Source: Octopus vulgaris
Lineage: Eukaryota
Reading direction: 5' to 3'
Assembly (NCBI GenBank): GCA_951406725.2
Contig: OX597827.1
Coordinates: forward strand, 16,740,001 to 16,804,000
Length of the DNA stretch: 64,000 bases
Positions 26,365 to 39,551 of the stretch are shown here, in pieces. A program made the position numbers and the translations under genes. Each line of letters opens with the position of its first letter. The stretch's first letter is position 1. The notes under the pieces were generated by a model, which searched no databases, had not been told where the DNA came from, and saw only the letters and a program-made list of their open reading frames with translations.

Positions 26365-26750
26365 TATTTTCTACTCTAGGCATAAGGCTTTAAATTTTGG
26401 AGAGGATGCTAGTCGATTAGATCGACTCCAGTACACAACTGCTACTTAATTTATCGACTCCGAAAGAATGAAAAAGGTAAAGTCGACCTCGGTGGAATTT
26501 GAACTCAGAACGTAACGGCAGATGAAATACCTATTTCTTTACTACCCACAAGGGGCTAAACACAGAGGGGACAGACAAGGGCAGACAAACAGATTAAGTC
26601 GATTACATCGACCCCAGTGCGTAACTGGTACTTAATGTATCGACCCCGAAAGGATGAAAGACAAAGTCGACCTCGGCGGAATTTGAACTCAGAACGTAAC
26701 GGCAGACGAAATACGGCTAAGCAGTTCGCCCGGCGTGCTAACGTTTCTGT
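26365..26750 (-). mobile_element. Tandem pair of group C SINEs
   Basis: Two Meta-like domains in series, junction near 26531. Confidence 0.85.
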
Positions 26751-26765
26751 ATTTATATATATACA

Positions 26766-27141
26766 CTAGCAGTATCGCCCGTCGTTGCTCAGGTTTGTAA
26801 GGGAAATAACTATAAAGCATGTTTAGAGAGTTATAGCCAAAAAATAGCAAAAAAATGGGAAAAAATGATGGTAAATTTTTTTTTTTATTAAAAAAGGTGG
26901 AGTTGCGTCCCCTAGACATTTTGTGTTTCTGATTCTGGACCCCATGTCGAATTTATCGATTTTTTTCAGAACTGGGGGAACTTTTCAAAATTTTCGCTGC
27001 GTTAGTTTTGAATTATGACATTGGGCTATGTGTGTGTCAAGTTTCATCAGAATCGGTTGAAAGCCGTGGTCAGGGTGAAGGTACAAGCAAACAGACACAC
27101 AGAAACACGCACAGACAAACTGCCGTTTATATAGAGAGAGA
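26766..27141 (-). mobile_element. Non-autonomous Helitron
   Basis: Minus strand A|TC...hairpin...GATACTGCTAG|T; related to 54015-54415 and 37710-38350. Confidence 0.8.
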
Positions 27142-27224
27142 TAAACATACAAACATACGTACATATAAATATATATATTAATATTTATCGCCATACTAGA
27201 GACACTTAGTAATTTTAATATTTC

Positions 27225-27307
<83 letters not shown>

Positions 27308-27346
27308 TACATATATATGTGTGTACACACACACGCACAACCCCCC

Positions 27347-27380
<34 letters not shown>

Positions 27381-27909
27381 GAGCACAGAATTTGATATTT
27401 CTCAATTATAAAAGGCAGAATATTCTATTCCATTCTATTCAATTTAGGAAAACGTCAAATGTGCTGCTGTCAAGAGAGAACCCACTCTTTTCCACGGTAC
27501 GATGTCAATTAGATGAGATTGAAGACTCCAATGTAAATAGCTCTCAGCCATATATCTTAATTGATTTGATATAATCTGTATTCAACAGACGTGATAGTTA
27601 TATACATGCCGCGTAATTCTGTTATAGTTGGTTATTTTTGATGTTGGTTTTGATTTTAGTGGTGCTGGTATTATGGTGCTTATAATTGTGATGTCGTTAG
27701 TGATTGTCATACTGCTGATCTGAATAATATTTCTTGTATGGTCTGCGTCGTAGTCGCTGTGTTTGGAGTGTCGCTTTTGCTTTCGTTGTTTTGATTTTGG
27801 TCAGCCGTGACTATACAAACCTTTCGCTTAAATGCGCTCCACTCTTGACTATGCCACCTTATTTTCACACATTGTGGATTAACAAGATTATGTTGTTTGA
27901 TATGCACGT

Positions 27910-28137
27910 TACTCTTACTCTTTTTACTCTTTTACTTGTTTCAGTCATTTGACTGCGGCCATGCTGGAGCACCGCCTTTAATCGAGCAACTCGACCCCGG
28001 GACTTATTCTTTTGTAAGCCCAGTACTTATTCTATCGGTCTCTTTTGCCAAACCGCTAAGTAACGGAGACACAAACACACCAGCATCGGTTGTCAAGCAA
28101 TGCTAGGAGGACAAAGACAGACACACAAACACACACA

Positions 28138-28221
<84 letters not shown>

Positions 28222-28385
28222 CAACGGGCTTCTTTCAGTTTCCGTCTACCAAATCCACTGACAAGGCACTGGTCGGCCCGAAGCTATAGTAGAAGACACT
28301 TGCGCAAGGTGCCACGCAGTGGGACTGAACGCGGAACCATGTGGTTGATAAACGAGCTACTTACCACACAGCCACTCCTGCGCCT
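27910..28385 (-). mobile_element. Group A SINE, full length
   Basis: Consensus match. Confidence 0.92.
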
Positions 28386-28760
28386 ATTTTTCATTTTCAT
28401 TTCGTTCTTCATTTTTGCAAGATAGTAGGTTGTAATTTGGCTAATCCCTGGCTGCTGTTTCCGCAGAATCGATGAAGCCATCGAGGCCCTTGTTGTGAAG
28501 TGTGCTGTTGGCGATAAGGATATAATTAGTAGCAATTATGTTTAGTTCGAAGTCAGTCCTGATCCATGATCCAGCAAACCTATGATCGATTATCTTTCTC
28601 GTCTTGACCATGTTCTCTCTTAATGACATGAAAAACGATGGATGTGGCTGCTTTATATGAGATAATAGTATGTGTAGAATAATAAATGAAATGAGAAATA
28701 ACGAAAGCTTCTAACAATGCCTGAGGCTTGATTGCTATGTCTCTCTCTCTATATATATAT

Positions 28761-29168
28761 AGGCGCAGGAGTGGCTGTGTGGTAAGTAGCTTGCTTAACA
28801 ACCACATGGTTCCGGGTTCAGTCCAACTGCGTGGCACCTTGGGCAAGTGTCTTCTACTATAGCCTCGGGCCAACCAAAGCCTTGTGAGTGGATTCGGTAG
28901 ACGGAAACTGAAAGAAGCCCGTCGTATATATGTATATATATATGTGTGTGTGTGTGCGTGTATGTCTGTGTGTCTGTGTTTGTCCTCCTAGCATTGCTTG
29001 ACAACCGTTGCTGGTGTGTTTATGTCCCCGTCACTTAGCGGTTCGGCAAAAGAGACCGATAGAATAAGTACTGGGCTTACAAAGAATAAGTCCCGGGGTC
29101 GAGTTGCTCGACTAAAGGCGGTGCTCCAGAATGGCCGCGGTCAAATGACTGAAACAAGTAAAAGAGTA
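28761..29168 (+). mobile_element. Group A SINE, full length
   Basis: Consensus match; head-to-head with 27910-28385. Confidence 0.92.
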
Positions 29169-29175
29169 TATATAT

Positions 29176-29473
29176 GTTCCTTCTCAACCCATGCCTGGCT
29201 CATAAGGGCCGGTTTCCCGGTTTCTTGGCGTATAGGTTCCCCACCTGGACGGGACGCCGGTCCGTCGCAGGTGAGCTGCAAGATGCCGGAGGAAAGAGTG
29301 AGAGAAAGTTGTGTCGAAAGAGTCAGCAGAAGATTCGCCATTACCTTCTGCCGGAGCCGCGTGGAGCTTAGGTGTTTCGCTCATAAACACACACATCGCC
29401 CGGTCTGAGATTCGAACCCGCGAACCTTCCACCACGAGTCCGCTGCTCTAACCACTAGGCCATGTCCCTCCAC
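29176..29473 (-). mobile_element. Group B-related SINE with alternative tail
   Basis: Near-identical to 15242-15548. Confidence 0.88.
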
Positions 29474-30156
29474 GCTATGTCTATAGCTTTAGAGACCATG
29501 TAGGAGCTCACGAAGGTACAATAGCACGATAAAACCAAAACTATTCCATGCAACGGACTTCCACACAAATTGCGCGTCTCAAATTCATTCACAAAGCAGT
29601 GGTCGGCACGAGGTTATGGTAGAAGATGCTTGCCCATAGTGCCGCGCAGTGAAACTGATTCCGAAACCACAAAGTAGCTAAATAAGCTTCTTAACCACAT
29701 TACCATGCTTCCGTCTGCAAATTTGATATTAACGAAGCTGAGCCAAGTAGTTCGAAAGCGATGTATATATGTTATTTTTCCGGACCAAAACTATGTTAGT
29801 TGGCATTCAGTCCTTTTCTGACGGTTTCTTTCAGGTTGACAATCGGACATGCGAATCCCTAATCTTATAGTCACCGCCATCGTAGTAGTTGCTGATGTTT
29901 TAGAACTAGGTAAGCGGACCTACCATCAAAAACATTCCAGCCGTGACCATTCGTCTTATTTTCAAACAGTATATCTCTAGTATAGACGCATTGCTTAACG
30001 GCTCGAGTGTTGGGCTGACAATCATAAAGGTCGTGGGTTCGATTTTTCAAGCAGGTGGTGCTTCATACACAGGATCGAGGCATTTCCTTTTCAGTTGCTC
30101 CGGTCCGTTCTGCTGAAAATGATTACCAGACGACTGCTGGTGCAACCTTATCTTTA

Positions 30157-30380
30157 GCAGGGCAGAAACGTTAGCACGCCGGGCGAAAAGTGTAGCCGTA
30201 TTTCGTCTATTTTTACGTTCCGAGTTCAAATTCCGTCGAGGTCGACTTTGCCTTTCATCCTTTTGGGGTCGATAAATTAAGTACCAGTTACGCACTGGGG
30301 TCGATATAATCGACTTAATCTGTTTGTCTGTCCTTGTTTGTCCCCTCTGTGTTTAGCCCCTTGTGGGTAGTAAAGAAATA
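30157..30380 (+). mobile_element. Group C SINE
   Basis: Consensus match. Confidence 0.88.
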
Positions 30381-30552
30381 TATTACGGGATCTTCTTTCA
30401 ATGTTCACTTGTGTCAAAGGTGAATGGAGCAAAAGGATTTCAACATTTGAGGGCGACAACATATCCACTTAAAGCGTGGTAAATGCTATCAAGTCATGTC
30501 ACTTGCGATTGGTGGTTATAGTTTGGTTGGTATAAATAAAAGCCACTGAGCC

Positions 30553-30795
30553 CTTTTTACTTTTTTTTTAAACTTTTTACTTGTTTCAGTCATGTGACTG
30601 TGGCCATGCTGGAGCACCGCCTTTAGTCAAGCAAATCGACCCCAGGACTTATTCTTTGTAAACCTAGTACTCATTCTATCGGTCTCTTTTGCCGTACCGC
30701 TAAGTTACGGGGGACGTAAACACACCAGCATCGGTTGTCAAGCGATGTTGAGGGGACAAACGCAGACACACAAACATATACACACATACATATAC

Positions 30796-30867
<72 letters not shown>

Positions 30868-31033
30868 TACGACGGGTTTCGTTCAGTTTCCGTCTACCAA
30901 ATCCACTCACAAGGCTTTGGTCGGCCCGAGGTTATAGTAGAAGACACTTGCCCAAGGTGCCACGTAGTGGGACTGAACCCGGAACCATATGGTTTGTAAA
31001 CAAGCTACTTACCACAAAGCCACTCGTACGCCT
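30553..31033 (-). mobile_element. Group A SINE
   Basis: Consensus match. Confidence 0.9.
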
Positions 31034-31645
31034 TTATTTATATTTTATTGAAAGACGGTAGTCTGATTTGAGTAAGATTTTGTTGCTATTTCCAGTTTGT
31101 GTCACGGCTATATCAACTACAACGATACCAACCCAGAAGGAAATAATGAGCATGATGTGCATGATGTTGTTGTCGTTGCTTTATTGCAGATCAAACCGAG
31201 CACAAAGCTGTGATGAAAGAAATTTGAATGGCGACCAGCAATTGTATTTTCAGACACATCTTTTTCACTAAATGTGTTATTTAAAAAGATAACTTAGTGT
31301 AATTTGAGGGAGATTTGGTAGCTATTTTCGGTGTGTCATGCGGTCACGCAGAGAGTCTATTGTTGGCAAGTCATAGCTGCATTAATTTATTTAGTAATTC
31401 AGACGAAATCGCACAACCAAAGAATAAGTTAATCAGGATCATATGGTAACTACAACCAGTCATTTGGTTAAATCTTGCCACCGCTCCAGGAGTCGAATTG
31501 TGGGAACAGGTTAAAAATATTTAGATTTTAAATTGCTAACGTATAGAGGGCTGTGAGCTAGAGTTCAACTTGTCATCGAGGTCAAAATAGCATTTAACCA
31601 TTCTGATATATGTATGTATTTTTCTTTATTATAGGCATAAAGCCT

Positions 31646-31927
31646 GGATCTTTTCGGTTCGAACGGCAGTTTTTAACATAATTTCTAGGTAACTAAAAAA
31701 TTTAAAACTTCGCATACTGGTAGAATGTGTTTATAAAACATCTTTTTCTCTTGGCTTTATTGAGAAAATTCAATAGTTTGTAAGATATTTGCTGTTTTTT
31801 TCTTCAATTTCTGCAATTTCAACCAATCAAATACGTCTATTGAGGTAAAAAACATTCTGTGCCGTATGAATATGTCCCTCGTTTAAGAAACAGATTGGGT
31901 TTATTTACATTTCTGAAGAAAAAAAGG
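31646..31927. mobile_element. Truncated Merlin-like MITE
   Basis: Left TIR and body shared with 32702-33162. Confidence 0.8.
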
Positions 31928-31949
31928 GAATAATGGATTTCAATAAATA

Positions 31950-32179
31950 TGTTTCTTTATTACCCACAAGGGGTTAAACATAGAGGGGACAAACAAGGAC
32001 AGACAAAGGGATTAAGTCGATTACATCGACCCCAATGTTCTACTGGTACTTAATTTATCGACCCCGAAAGGATGAAAGGCAAAGTCGAACTCGGCGGAAT
32101 TTGAACTCAGAACGTAGCGGCAGACGAAATACGACTACGCATTTCGCCCGGCGCGCTAACGTTTCTGCCAGCTCGTCGC
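31950..32179 (-). mobile_element. Group C SINE with 19-bp TSD
   Basis: TSD TAATGGATTTCAATAAATA at 31931-31949 and 32180-32198. Confidence 0.92.
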
Positions 32180-32701
32180 TAATGGATTTCAATAAATAAA
32201 GTCCTGTGTGAACTGTCATCGGCAGTTCGACCGTTTTGGTTACTGTGTCAGTGCGACGTGTGTTGTTTTAATATCGTACCTACGTTTTAGTAGTACGAAG
32301 TGTGTTCTGTGTGAACATTATAATTCTGCAATAGGTTAGTTCAGATAACCATACCCAAATATTTAATTGGATAATACTATTTTACACCCGACGTGTACAG
32401 GCACGTCATAACATAGACTATATTTGTTCACAAGTAAATGGCTTTGTGAAATATTAAAGCGAAATACAAAAAGATAATATAAATAAAAGAAACATTATTG
32501 TTCATTTCTTCATAAAAACAGATATAAAATATTAACTAGTCTGCATTTATGTACGCAGCTCTGTAATTGATCGCTTCTCGAGTAATTAATCACGTAAACG
32601 AATGTGTAAACAATGCCATCGAAGATGGAAAAAGTAGGTAATAAGAGTATATACATATTTCAAAAGTTATTGTTCTACAGCCACCCATCAGTACTACATC
32701 C

Positions 32702-33162
32702 GGATCTTTTCGGTTTGAACGGCAGTTTTTAAAATAATTTCCACGTAACTAAGCACTTTTAAACTGCGTATACTAGTAGAATATGTTTATAAAACATCTT
32801 TTTCTCTTGGCTTTATTGAGAAAATTCTATAGTTTGTAAGATATTTGTTGTTTTTCTTCTTCAATTTCTGCAATTTCAACCAATCAATGACGTCTATTGA
32901 GGTAAAAAAAACATTCTCTGCCGTATGAATATGTCCCTTGTTTAAGAAACAGATTGGGTTTATTTACATTTCTGAAGAAAAGAAGATACCTCCCCCCACC
33001 CCTAACCCTAACCCTAACCTTAACTAACCCTAACCCTAACCTTAACTAACCCTAACCCTAAAACAGATTGAAATGCAATAGATCGAAACTAGGGTCATAA
33101 TTATGGGTAACAATTTCCTATGACACCGCTAGGAAAAACTGCCATTCAAACCAAAAAGATCC
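32702..33162. mobile_element. Merlin-like MITE with internal (CCCTAA)n
   Basis: 29-bp TIRs GGATCTTTTyGGTTTGAAyGGCAGTTTTT; 8-bp TSD CTACATCC; GG...CC termini. Confidence 0.88.
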
Positions 33163-33963
33163 CTACATCCTCCCCGTCAACTATCCGCAGACACATTGCT
33201 TAAATATCCACTAGGTTTAGCGGTGTAACAAAATAAGATAGACCAATTTACATATTAAACGCATTTCTGGCAACTGGTACGTACATATTAATTGGTGATA
33301 TGGACACAGTATTTCTTTTTGCAACAATAATACACTGCCAAGTATAATACGGAGTTTACAAGTCAATATTGTGTCCTACCATGTGTTAGCAGTGCGATAT
33401 TCTTACTTTTAAGTTTATGTGTACAGATTTTCTATGGAATTAACACTCAAAATTACAACGTTTTCTAAATGAATATGTATGTGCATATTTCAAGAGTTAT
33501 CGTTCTTGCACCAGCATCACATCAAATCCAACATCCATCCACGAATATATTGCTTAAACCTACTAGGTTTAGCGGTGTAACACGATTGAATTGGCTATTT
33601 TCTTTCCGTCTTCGATCGCATCGTTTATATGGACGTGTTCGTTTACAAAACGTAAACTTGCAGCGCTGGCTCTGAAATCTATAGAAAATCTAGAGGGATA
33701 AACTTAAAGTTGAGAATATCGCATTACTATATGTTTCATCTAACTGTTAAGTTATAGAATATGACAACATACGAAGTCGAATGCGAAGCGAATTTTTCAC
33801 CACACAACCATAAAACATTTTTGGTTTAAGTATCATATAGGTTTATATCGTATTATAAGTTCAACCGTATTATATTACAATTTTAATCTCTCTCTCTCTC
33901 TCTTTCTCTATCTATCTTTCAGTTTATGATTTTTGTAATATCAACTCACCCAATCGATTAATG

Positions 33964-34012
<49 letters not shown>

Positions 34013-34502
34013 GACACACACACACACACACACATAGAGACACACACACACAGACACACACACACACAGACACACAAACACACACATATACATACAGTTT
34101 TATCAATGTTATATATATATTCCTATTATAAATCCTATAATAGAATTTCATTTCTAAACCTACTTTTCACTTTTCCCTTTAATTAATTTTTTCTTTTAAA
34201 TTCTATTTATCTTCTTATTTTTTGCATAGACTACCATACGGTTTTCAACGTAATCAGACTATTCCATATCTCAACAAAATATCTCGCTCCATATAATTTT
34301 CTTTCTCAATTTTATAATTCAACTTCGTTGACTATATTATAATTTTCATGATATGGATACCCTACATTTTTTTAATATATTTAATCGATATGCACATAAT
34401 TCGAGAATAAATTCTAAGCTCAATTTGTTCATGTTTAGTAACTAACTGTGGCCATGCTGTGACACCATCGTGAAGCGTTATTGTATACTATTGTATACTA
34501 TT

Positions 34503-34738
34503 AAGGCGGCGAGCTGGCAGAAACGTTAGCACGCCGGGCGAAATGCGTAGCTGTATTTCGTCTGCCGTTACGTTCTGAGTTCAAATTCCGCCGAGGTCGA
34601 CTTTGCCTTTCATCCTTTGGGGGTCGATAAATTAAGTACCAGTTACGCACTGGGGTCGATGTAATCGATTTAATCCGTTTGCCTGTTCTTGTTTGTTACC
34701 TCTGTGTTTAGCCCCTTGTGGGTAGTAAAGAAATAGTT
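34503..34738 (+). mobile_element. Group C SINE, full length
   Basis: AAGGCGGCGAGCTGGCAGAAACG head, GAGTTCAAATTCC B-box, Meta-like domain; flanking duplication TATTGTATACTATT. Confidence 0.92.
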
Positions 34739-35177
34739 ATTGTATACTATTGCACTGTCCGAAAAGTTCGTGCCGATTTATAGAAGCTTACCATTCGGCT
34801 TATTTTAGAACATGGTTGAGTCCATAAAATAGGATTTGACTACACATCCATTTAGAGCATACTTTAAGCTATCTTTTATCTAACCCTAACCCTCCTTGTT
34901 TGATTTCGTTCGGTTTCCTTGTATGTCTCCACTCTCCTGTTTTTGTTCGCAACTTTGACCCTCATTAAATCCTAAATTTTATTTCAAAATTTATGGGAGC
35001 AATTGTCATTGAAGCCTCATATTGTTTTTGAATGCTCGAACTGAGGAGTAGATAGACAATCGACAACTAATGAAGGGTCGTTCTCTGAGCTTACTTCCAT
35101 TTTTTTCTCTCGCTGAATGCGTATTTAACTCGTTTGTTTTCGTATTTCATATTGTTTACACAGTTGGTGACGTCCTG

Positions 35178-35213
<36 letters not shown>

Positions 35214-35289
35214 TATATATGTATATATGTGTGTGTGTGTATATGAATATGTATATATATGTATATGAGTGTGTATATGAATATGTATA

Positions 35290-35570
35290 TCACCGTGATC
35301 ACCCAGGCTATCAGATGTAGTTACACATCGCTGGTCACAATGCGCTTCGCATTGTTTTAGCCTTCAAATGATGCCACCCCGCAACAGAAGAAAGAGTGAG
35401 AGAAAGTTGTGGCGAAAGAGTACAGCAGGATCACCACCCCCTGCAGGAGCCTCGTGGAGCTTTTAGGTGTTTTTGCTCAATAAACACTCACAACGCCCGG
35501 TCTAGGAATCGAAACCGCGATCCTACGACCGCAAGTCCGCTACCCTAACCACTAGGCCATTGCGCCTCCA
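35290..35570 (-). mobile_element. Group B head with third tail type
   Basis: Homologous to 18997-19281. Confidence 0.85.
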
Positions 35571-35579
35571 TATATGTAT

Positions 35580-35625
<46 letters not shown>

Positions 35626-35989
35626 GTGTGTGTGTATATGAATATGTATATATATATATGTATATGAGTGTATATATGAATATGTATATATGTATATATG
35701 TATATATATGTATATATATATATATTGCACATATTAAAAGCAACACTTTCTATTTAACTACAAAGTTTGATAAATTACAAAATGTCAACAATATGATTAC
35801 AGATGTTCAAAATGTTCACCGTCTGCAGCTGTTATTATTCGTCGCGTTGTTGTACGAGAAACACCAATTTTCTGCGACAATCTTCGCACTGATTTCTTTG
35901 GATTTCTTTTTTTTTTTGTTTGAAGCTCGTTTATGACATATGCTCGTGTCTCGTTTGACATCACAGGCAGCTGCTTCGAAAGTTGTCAT

Positions 35990-36150
35990 GCGCACTGCCT
36001 CTTGCATGAAATTTTTTAGATTAATCGACCAAATGTTGTATGCAATATGGCTCTTCTAGGATGCTTTTCGCTGAAGGTGTCGGCGACGGTTCTATAGGTT
36101 GCACCATCACGACCAGAGAGAGGGAGGAACGAGTTCAATATGCTCCGGAA
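35990..36150 (-). mobile_element. Tc1/mariner N-terminal HTH remnant
   Basis: IELV..LSGRDGATYRTVADTFSEKHPRRAILHTTFGRLI..FHARGS resembles transposase HTH domains. Confidence 0.5.
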
Positions 36151-36174
36151 GTGTCAAAGATATGCTTCAATTCT

Positions 36175-36345
36175 TCAAAAATTTTCACCGAAAATTTTCC
36201 ACAAAAATTTTTCTGTGTATTTATAGAGTGATTTTCACCAAAAATTTTTCGAAAATTTTATCCAAAAATTTTTCGAAAATTTTACCCAAAACTTTTCACC
36301 GAAAATTTTACCCGAAAATTTTACCCAAAAATTTTTCGGAAATGA
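36175..36345. repeat. AT-rich degenerate minisatellite (AAAATTTT core)
   Basis: Direct reading. Confidence 0.8.
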
Positions 36346-36399
36346 TGATGAATATACATGTACTTGTATACGATGACAAAATGAATACTAATAATAATA

Positions 36400-36895
36400 T
36401 TTTTTAGAAAAGGCACAAGGGTCCACAATTTTCGGTGCAGGACTAGGTGATTACATCTACCCCTAAAGGATGAAAGGCCATGTTGACCGCGGTTGAATTT
36501 GAACTCAGAACCTAAAGACAGATGAAATGCCATTAAGCATTTTGCCTGGTGTGCTAAAGATCCTGCAAGCTCGCCGCATTAATAATAGTGATAATGATCC
36601 TTTCTACTAAAGATACAAGGCCTGAAATTTGGGAGAGTTGGCCAGTCGATTATATCGACCCCAGTACGCAGCTGGTACTTAATTTACCGACCCCGAAAGA
36701 ATGAAATGGAAGTGCCCATACATATCAGGGGGAAAGGCAAAGGCTAAACAGCTTGGCCTCATTGACGTCGCAACTCATTTCTACAGCTGAGTAAACTGGG
36801 GCAACGTGAAATAAAGTGTCTTGCTCAAGAACACAACACACAGCCTGGTCTAGGAATCGAACACACTACCTCATAATTGTGAGCCCGATGCTCTA
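36400..36895 (-). mobile_element. Cluster of degenerate group C and B-variant SINEs
   Basis: Two Meta-like fragments followed by GCAACGTGAAATAAAGTGTCTTGCTCAAG. Confidence 0.7.
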
Positions 36896-37412
36896 TGCCT
36901 CTGTTCTAGCGGTGCTAATACTACTTTGTATCTTTGTCAATTCATAAATTTACCTTCAGGTTTTAAATTGCTAATAAACCACCTATATTATTTATAATAA
37001 ACACTTCTACCGTTTTGAAACAGCACATGCTTTCAACGGTTTTTCTTATGAGTTGACGAGACAAGTTGAGCTGAACCCAAGGGGCGAACTGAGCTACTAC
37101 GCATCAGGATTTGAAATCACGTAAAATGGGTATTTTTAGTACTTCATTATGGAAATTTGTCTCACTACAGTAGGGAGCTTCGTTTCCCTCGTCAACTTAC
37201 TAAGACAGTGCCTTCTGTGGCTAATGAGTTGTTTTGGCTCTTATTTCTAGCAATGCCGGTACCACTGTGTACCCTTGTTACTTTAGTGATGTATATAAAT
37301 TTGCCTATAGGTTTTAACTTGCCAATAAGCCATCAACATTATTTATACAGACACGCACAAAAAACACACAAACACACACGCACGCACACACACACAAGCA
37401 CACACATACATA

Positions 37413-37640
37413 AAGGCGCGGGCGTGGCTGTGTGGCAAGAAGCTTGCTTCCCAGCCCCGTGGTTCCGGGCTTAGCTCCACTATGTGGCACCTTGAGCAAG
37501 TGTCTTCTGCTATAGCCTCGGGCCGATGAAAGTCTTGCGAGTGGATTTGGTAGACTGAAAGTAAAAGAAGCCCATTGTATATATATATATATATATATTT
37601 GTGTGACTGTGTTTGCCTCCCCACTATCGCTTGACGTCCG
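37413..37640 (+). mobile_element. Group A SINE 5' part
   Basis: Diverged consensus match. Confidence 0.8.
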
Positions 37641-37709
37641 AAGTTAACGACTGTCAAACTCGGTGCATAAGAGAATCGGACATTTTATTCCTAATTACCT
37701 GATATTAAA

Positions 37710-38350
37710 TCTATAAACGGCATGATGTGTGTGTGCGTGTGTGTGTACGTGATTGTAATTTATACACATCCACAAATTGGCACGCATGTGGCTCAAATTT
37801 TAGGAAAACATTCGTCAACACCCTATCTGGGTTTTATCAACTTATTTTTTTCCCGACGCATCCGCGGATAGCGTAAAAATCTATTTTCACCCATAGCTTT
37901 TAGCCATAAAAAATATCAGCCATAGCTTTTTTGACGGCGTCTAACAAAAAAAAACAAGATAAAGAAAAGTGGAAGTAGGAAGCAGAGAGTTTCACGGGAA
38001 ATACAAAGTGAGAGAGGGAGAGAGAGAGAAAGTAAGTGACGACGTTCATAAAAAATAAAATGTAAAATAATTTGTTTTTGTTTTTGAAAGACACTATATT
38101 TTATACTCATAGTATATATATACTTTCTCACACAACAATTACAATATATTTATTTTAAATCATTTATTTTAAATCGTTCATATTTCTCTCCCCCTCTCTC
38201 TCAGACACATTACTTTGGGTTTGAAAGAGCTTTGTTTTTATTTTACGCCGAGTAAAAACGTGTTTTGTTGAGAGTCGATATTACTTAGTTTGGTTTGAAA
38301 TAAAGAACTTGATTAGATTAATCCCGGGCAAGGCCGGGTTATACTGCTAG
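37710..38350 (+). mobile_element. Non-autonomous Helitron
   Basis: A|TC start; 3' hairpin CCCGG-GCAAGG-CCGGG then TTATACTGCTAG|T. Confidence 0.8.
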
Positions 38351-38907
38351 TATATATATATATTCAACAATATAAGGAATGGCCATAATAGGACATTCGA
38401 CTCACTAGAAAGAGCAACCAAACTCAAACCGCCAAATAGTTGTAATTCTGAAATAGAAAGAGAAATAAAAACGTTTACCCTTTCATCTCTGGACTATGCA
38501 TAGTTTCGGCAAACTTTGGTAAACAAATTAATTAAATTAAATTAAATTTATTTACAACTGGCGTGCCTCGTCAGCAGAGAAGCCAAGGATGAGTATATGT
38601 CCACGAGGCGATGGTAAAGAAGCCTCCACTCTATATGCTCTAAATTTTCAAAATTCTACCGCAATCGCGCGGTCTTCTCAGCAGCAAATATAAACTGATG
38701 ATTTAATTTCAAAACAGTTTGATTCAAATTCTTCGATTCTCTGGAGGTTCAAACGTGATACTAGTCGTCAGCCTTTTTGAATTTGAATGACAGGAGTTGA
38801 TTGTTATTACTATAAAGTTGGGCTGCAAATGGCCGAGAAAAGTAGTGGTCTGATGTTGGTATATGGGTAACAGGTACTTGGAAAAAATATATATGTATAT
38901 ATATATA

Positions 38908-39291
38908 GGGAGAGTTTACGAAAAAAACAAAAGACGAAGACAGGTGGTGTACAAAACAAACAGATGTATTAGTATAACGTTAAGGAACAGAAAAAGTCTT
39001 TTACGTTTCGAGCCTACGCTCTTCTACAGAAAGGGACACAGAAAAAACAAGGAGAGAAAAAAAGGAGAGAAAAAATGTGTGTACTGGCTACCCCGTGTGT
39101 ACCGTTGGCGATTTTTCCCCCTCCGTTTTCCCTTCTCTGAATCTTTCCTTTTCGTATGTTTCTGACGAAGGACTCCGATCGAAACGTAAAACCCTCCTTC
39201 TTTCCTTCCTTCCTGAGCGTCCAATAATACTATATTTGTTCCACGTCCTCGCGTTGTTGTGATTTCTCTTTGTGTTTTCCTGTTTGGATTA

Positions 39292-39296
<5 letters not shown>
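38908..39296. mobile_element. TA-flanked element made of two divergent pLTR-like halves, each with a hammerhead motif
   Basis: Minus-strand motif at 38998-39033 and plus-strand motif at 39158-39192. Confidence 0.7.
39158..39192 (+). ncRNA. Type-I minimal hammerhead motif, canonical core
   Basis: GTTT-CTGACGA-AGGACTCCGATC-GAAA-CG-TA-AAAC; self-complementary ACGU helix III. Confidence 0.65.
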
Positions 39297-39348
<52 letters not shown>

Positions 39349-39551
39349 CGACATTTTTCCATACAGTTTCCGTTTCACAAAGAATTGGTCAGCTTGAGGA
39401 GGTATCCAAGGTGTCGTGGCGTAAGATCAACCTCGAATAAAGCGGTCGTTTTAAAGCACGCAGTTACGTCTTCCTCCACATATACAAATTACAGACACAC
39501 CGCCCCCCACACACACATGCACACACACGTGTACATATATATATATATATA

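Noticed and set aside
33000-33060. True telomere or chromosome fusion site
   Set aside because: Short tract internal to a TIR/TSD-bounded MITE.
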